A stretch of DNA of 64,000 nt from Octopus vulgaris (Eukaryota): positions 142,600,001 to 142,664,000 of the forward strand of contig OX597818.1 of assembly GCA_951406725.2 (NCBI GenBank), read 5' to 3'. The notes beneath the pieces were generated by a model that was given only the letters and a program-made list of their open reading frames with translations, was not told the DNA's origin and did no database searches. Each line of letters begins with the position of its first letter. The stretch's first letter is position 1. This document shows positions 63,665 through 64,000 of this stretch, one piece after another. A program made the position numbers and the translations under genes.

Positions 63665-64000
63665 ACGTCTACATGCATAGATAGCCGTGTGCGTAAAACA
63701 AGACTAAGCAGTGGAGATCATTTATGAAATATCTAGTTAACCATCTTACGCACGTTTCATTAACATTATTTGATATTGTATCTGGTTTGCAAAATCCTCT
63801 ATGTGAAATTCATGTGCTGAAATATTATATTTCATTGTATCTAGGGAGCGTCATTATGCCAATATTATTAACACGTGCACTGGTTAAATTCCATTCCTTT
63901 ATATAAGTCAATTGGTTAAATACCCAACAAACTAATCGATTGTTTGTTAAACTTGGTTAAACAGTAAGTCGTTTGTTCAGCCATTTTTTTTCTTTTTAAG

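Noticed and set aside
63981-64000. Polypyrimidine tract plus AG at the window end
   Set aside because: Downstream sequence is not visible, so an exon cannot be evaluated.

Overview
AT-rich, repeat-dense eukaryotic DNA. The SINE families, RTE tails and microsatellite load look like an octopus (coleoid cephalopod) genome; this is from recognition, not a database search. Almost all ORFs in the supplied track are microsatellite or repeat artefacts. Recognisable coding remnants are transposon-derived: a Penelope-like GIY-YIG endonuclease, RTE, Tx1/L1-like and R4/Dong-like LINE fragments, and a mariner C-terminus. I also find many MITEs with TIRs and TSDs (hAT, Tc1/mariner, pogo/Tigger, Merlin-like) and one Helitron. 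The window is probably the 5' part of a large-intron minus-strand gene. It has a CpG-rich TATA promoter near 54.3 kb, several small exons with canonical splice sites, and a 51-nt coding exon at 8368-8418 that could be joined to up to three alternative phase-1 N-termini; the product is unidentified. The most unusual signal is a set of six hammerhead-ribozyme-like motifs of the Penelope type. They include a perfect 132-bp palindrome encoding a hammerhead on both strands and a head-to-head element fusing a tRNA-derived Pol III head to a hammerhead. One SINE family also shares its 3' tail with the Tx1-like LINE. Boundaries of diverged repeats are approximate.
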